From a bacterium (GTDB taxonomy: Bacteria; Bacillota; Clostridia; Christensenellales; CAG-138): 64,000 nucleotides of DNA. Positions within the stretch are counted from its first letter, which is position 1. Each line of letters opens with the position of its first letter. Position numbers and translations under genes: made by a program. The DNA lies in contig CAVIJJ010000002.1 of assembly GCA_963643205.1 (NCBI GenBank), forward strand, positions 1,256 to 65,255. Direction: 5' to 3'. The notes below the pieces were generated by a model. The model had not been told where the DNA came from and did not search any database. It saw nothing but the letters and a program-made list of their open reading frames with translations. Positions 63,907-64,000 of this stretch are shown piece by piece.

Positions 63907-64000
63907 TTACTCTTTGTCCTGCAGATCTTCCGCCGCGGGAATAACGGTTTCGTTGCAGTTGGGGCAGATCAGGGCGCCATCCTCGGTGAGCATATCCTCA
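63907..64000 (-). CDS. C-terminal fragment of an unidentified protein (zinc-ribbon-like CPNC)
   Basis: Own translation of the minus strand: ...EDMLTEDGALICPNCNETVIPAAEDLQDKE stop. The gene continues beyond the window. Confidence 0.35.
   Translation of the reverse strand, partial: EDMLTEDGALICPNCNETVIPAAEDLQDKE

Noticed and set aside
1-64000. Whole-window look for transposases, integrases, phage genes, toxin-antitoxin pairs, restriction-modification, CRISPR-Cas or other defence systems
   Set aside because: None of the translated ORFs shows the corresponding motifs. The window is core-genome-like apart from the two envelope and surface loci.

Overview
This is a 64-kb chromosomal segment of a Gram-positive anaerobe. 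The gene content and order point to Clostridia, probably Oscillospirales-like, but this is inference only. The supporting features are mrnC-rlmB-sigH, secA-prfB, dnaX-ybaB-recR, Nif3-DUF164-rnpB, a long Alu-containing SRP RNA, a class A RNase P RNA, FprA and DegV.

Layout:
- 0.3-12.6 kb: cell-envelope locus. It holds galE, a CapD-like dehydratase, CpsB phosphatase, two tandem fused Wzz/BY-kinases, an S24/S26-like peptidase, an ABC exporter, a 75-aa SPQTG mini-protein, sortase B and an LCP ligase.
- 12.7-15.7 kb: mrnC-thyX-rlmB-sigH.
- 16.8-17.2 kb: tRNA-Arg(CCG) and SRP RNA, driven by back-to-back promoters.
- 17.3-24.8 kb: cobalamin-riboswitch-controlled corrinoid uptake and salvage operon (BtuFCD-like, cobT, cobU, cobS, a mini-CobU, cobC).
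- 24.8-58.5 kb: housekeeping genes (pepF, ECF sigma/anti-sigma pair, metG, tatD, trpS, dnaX, ybaB, recR, plsY, fprA, dsdA, birA, rnpB, frameshifted prfB, secA and others).
- 58.7-63.7 kb: a second cobalamin-riboswitch-like leader, a 59-aa YezD-like ORF missed by the ORF track, and a 1485-aa PPQTG-anchored surface protein. That protein has Listeria-Bacteroides repeats, a DUF4430 (transcobalamin-like) domain and a (PTVA)n stalk.

I saw no transposase, integrase, CRISPR array or recognisable defence genes.

The two most interesting hypotheses are:
- a sortase-anchored surface corrinoid-capture protein under B12-riboswitch control;
- a peptidase/ABC/mini-substrate/sortase B/LCP module embedded in an 'orphan' capsule-regulatory locus.

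All calls come from reading the sequence and the ORF translations. No database search was run.
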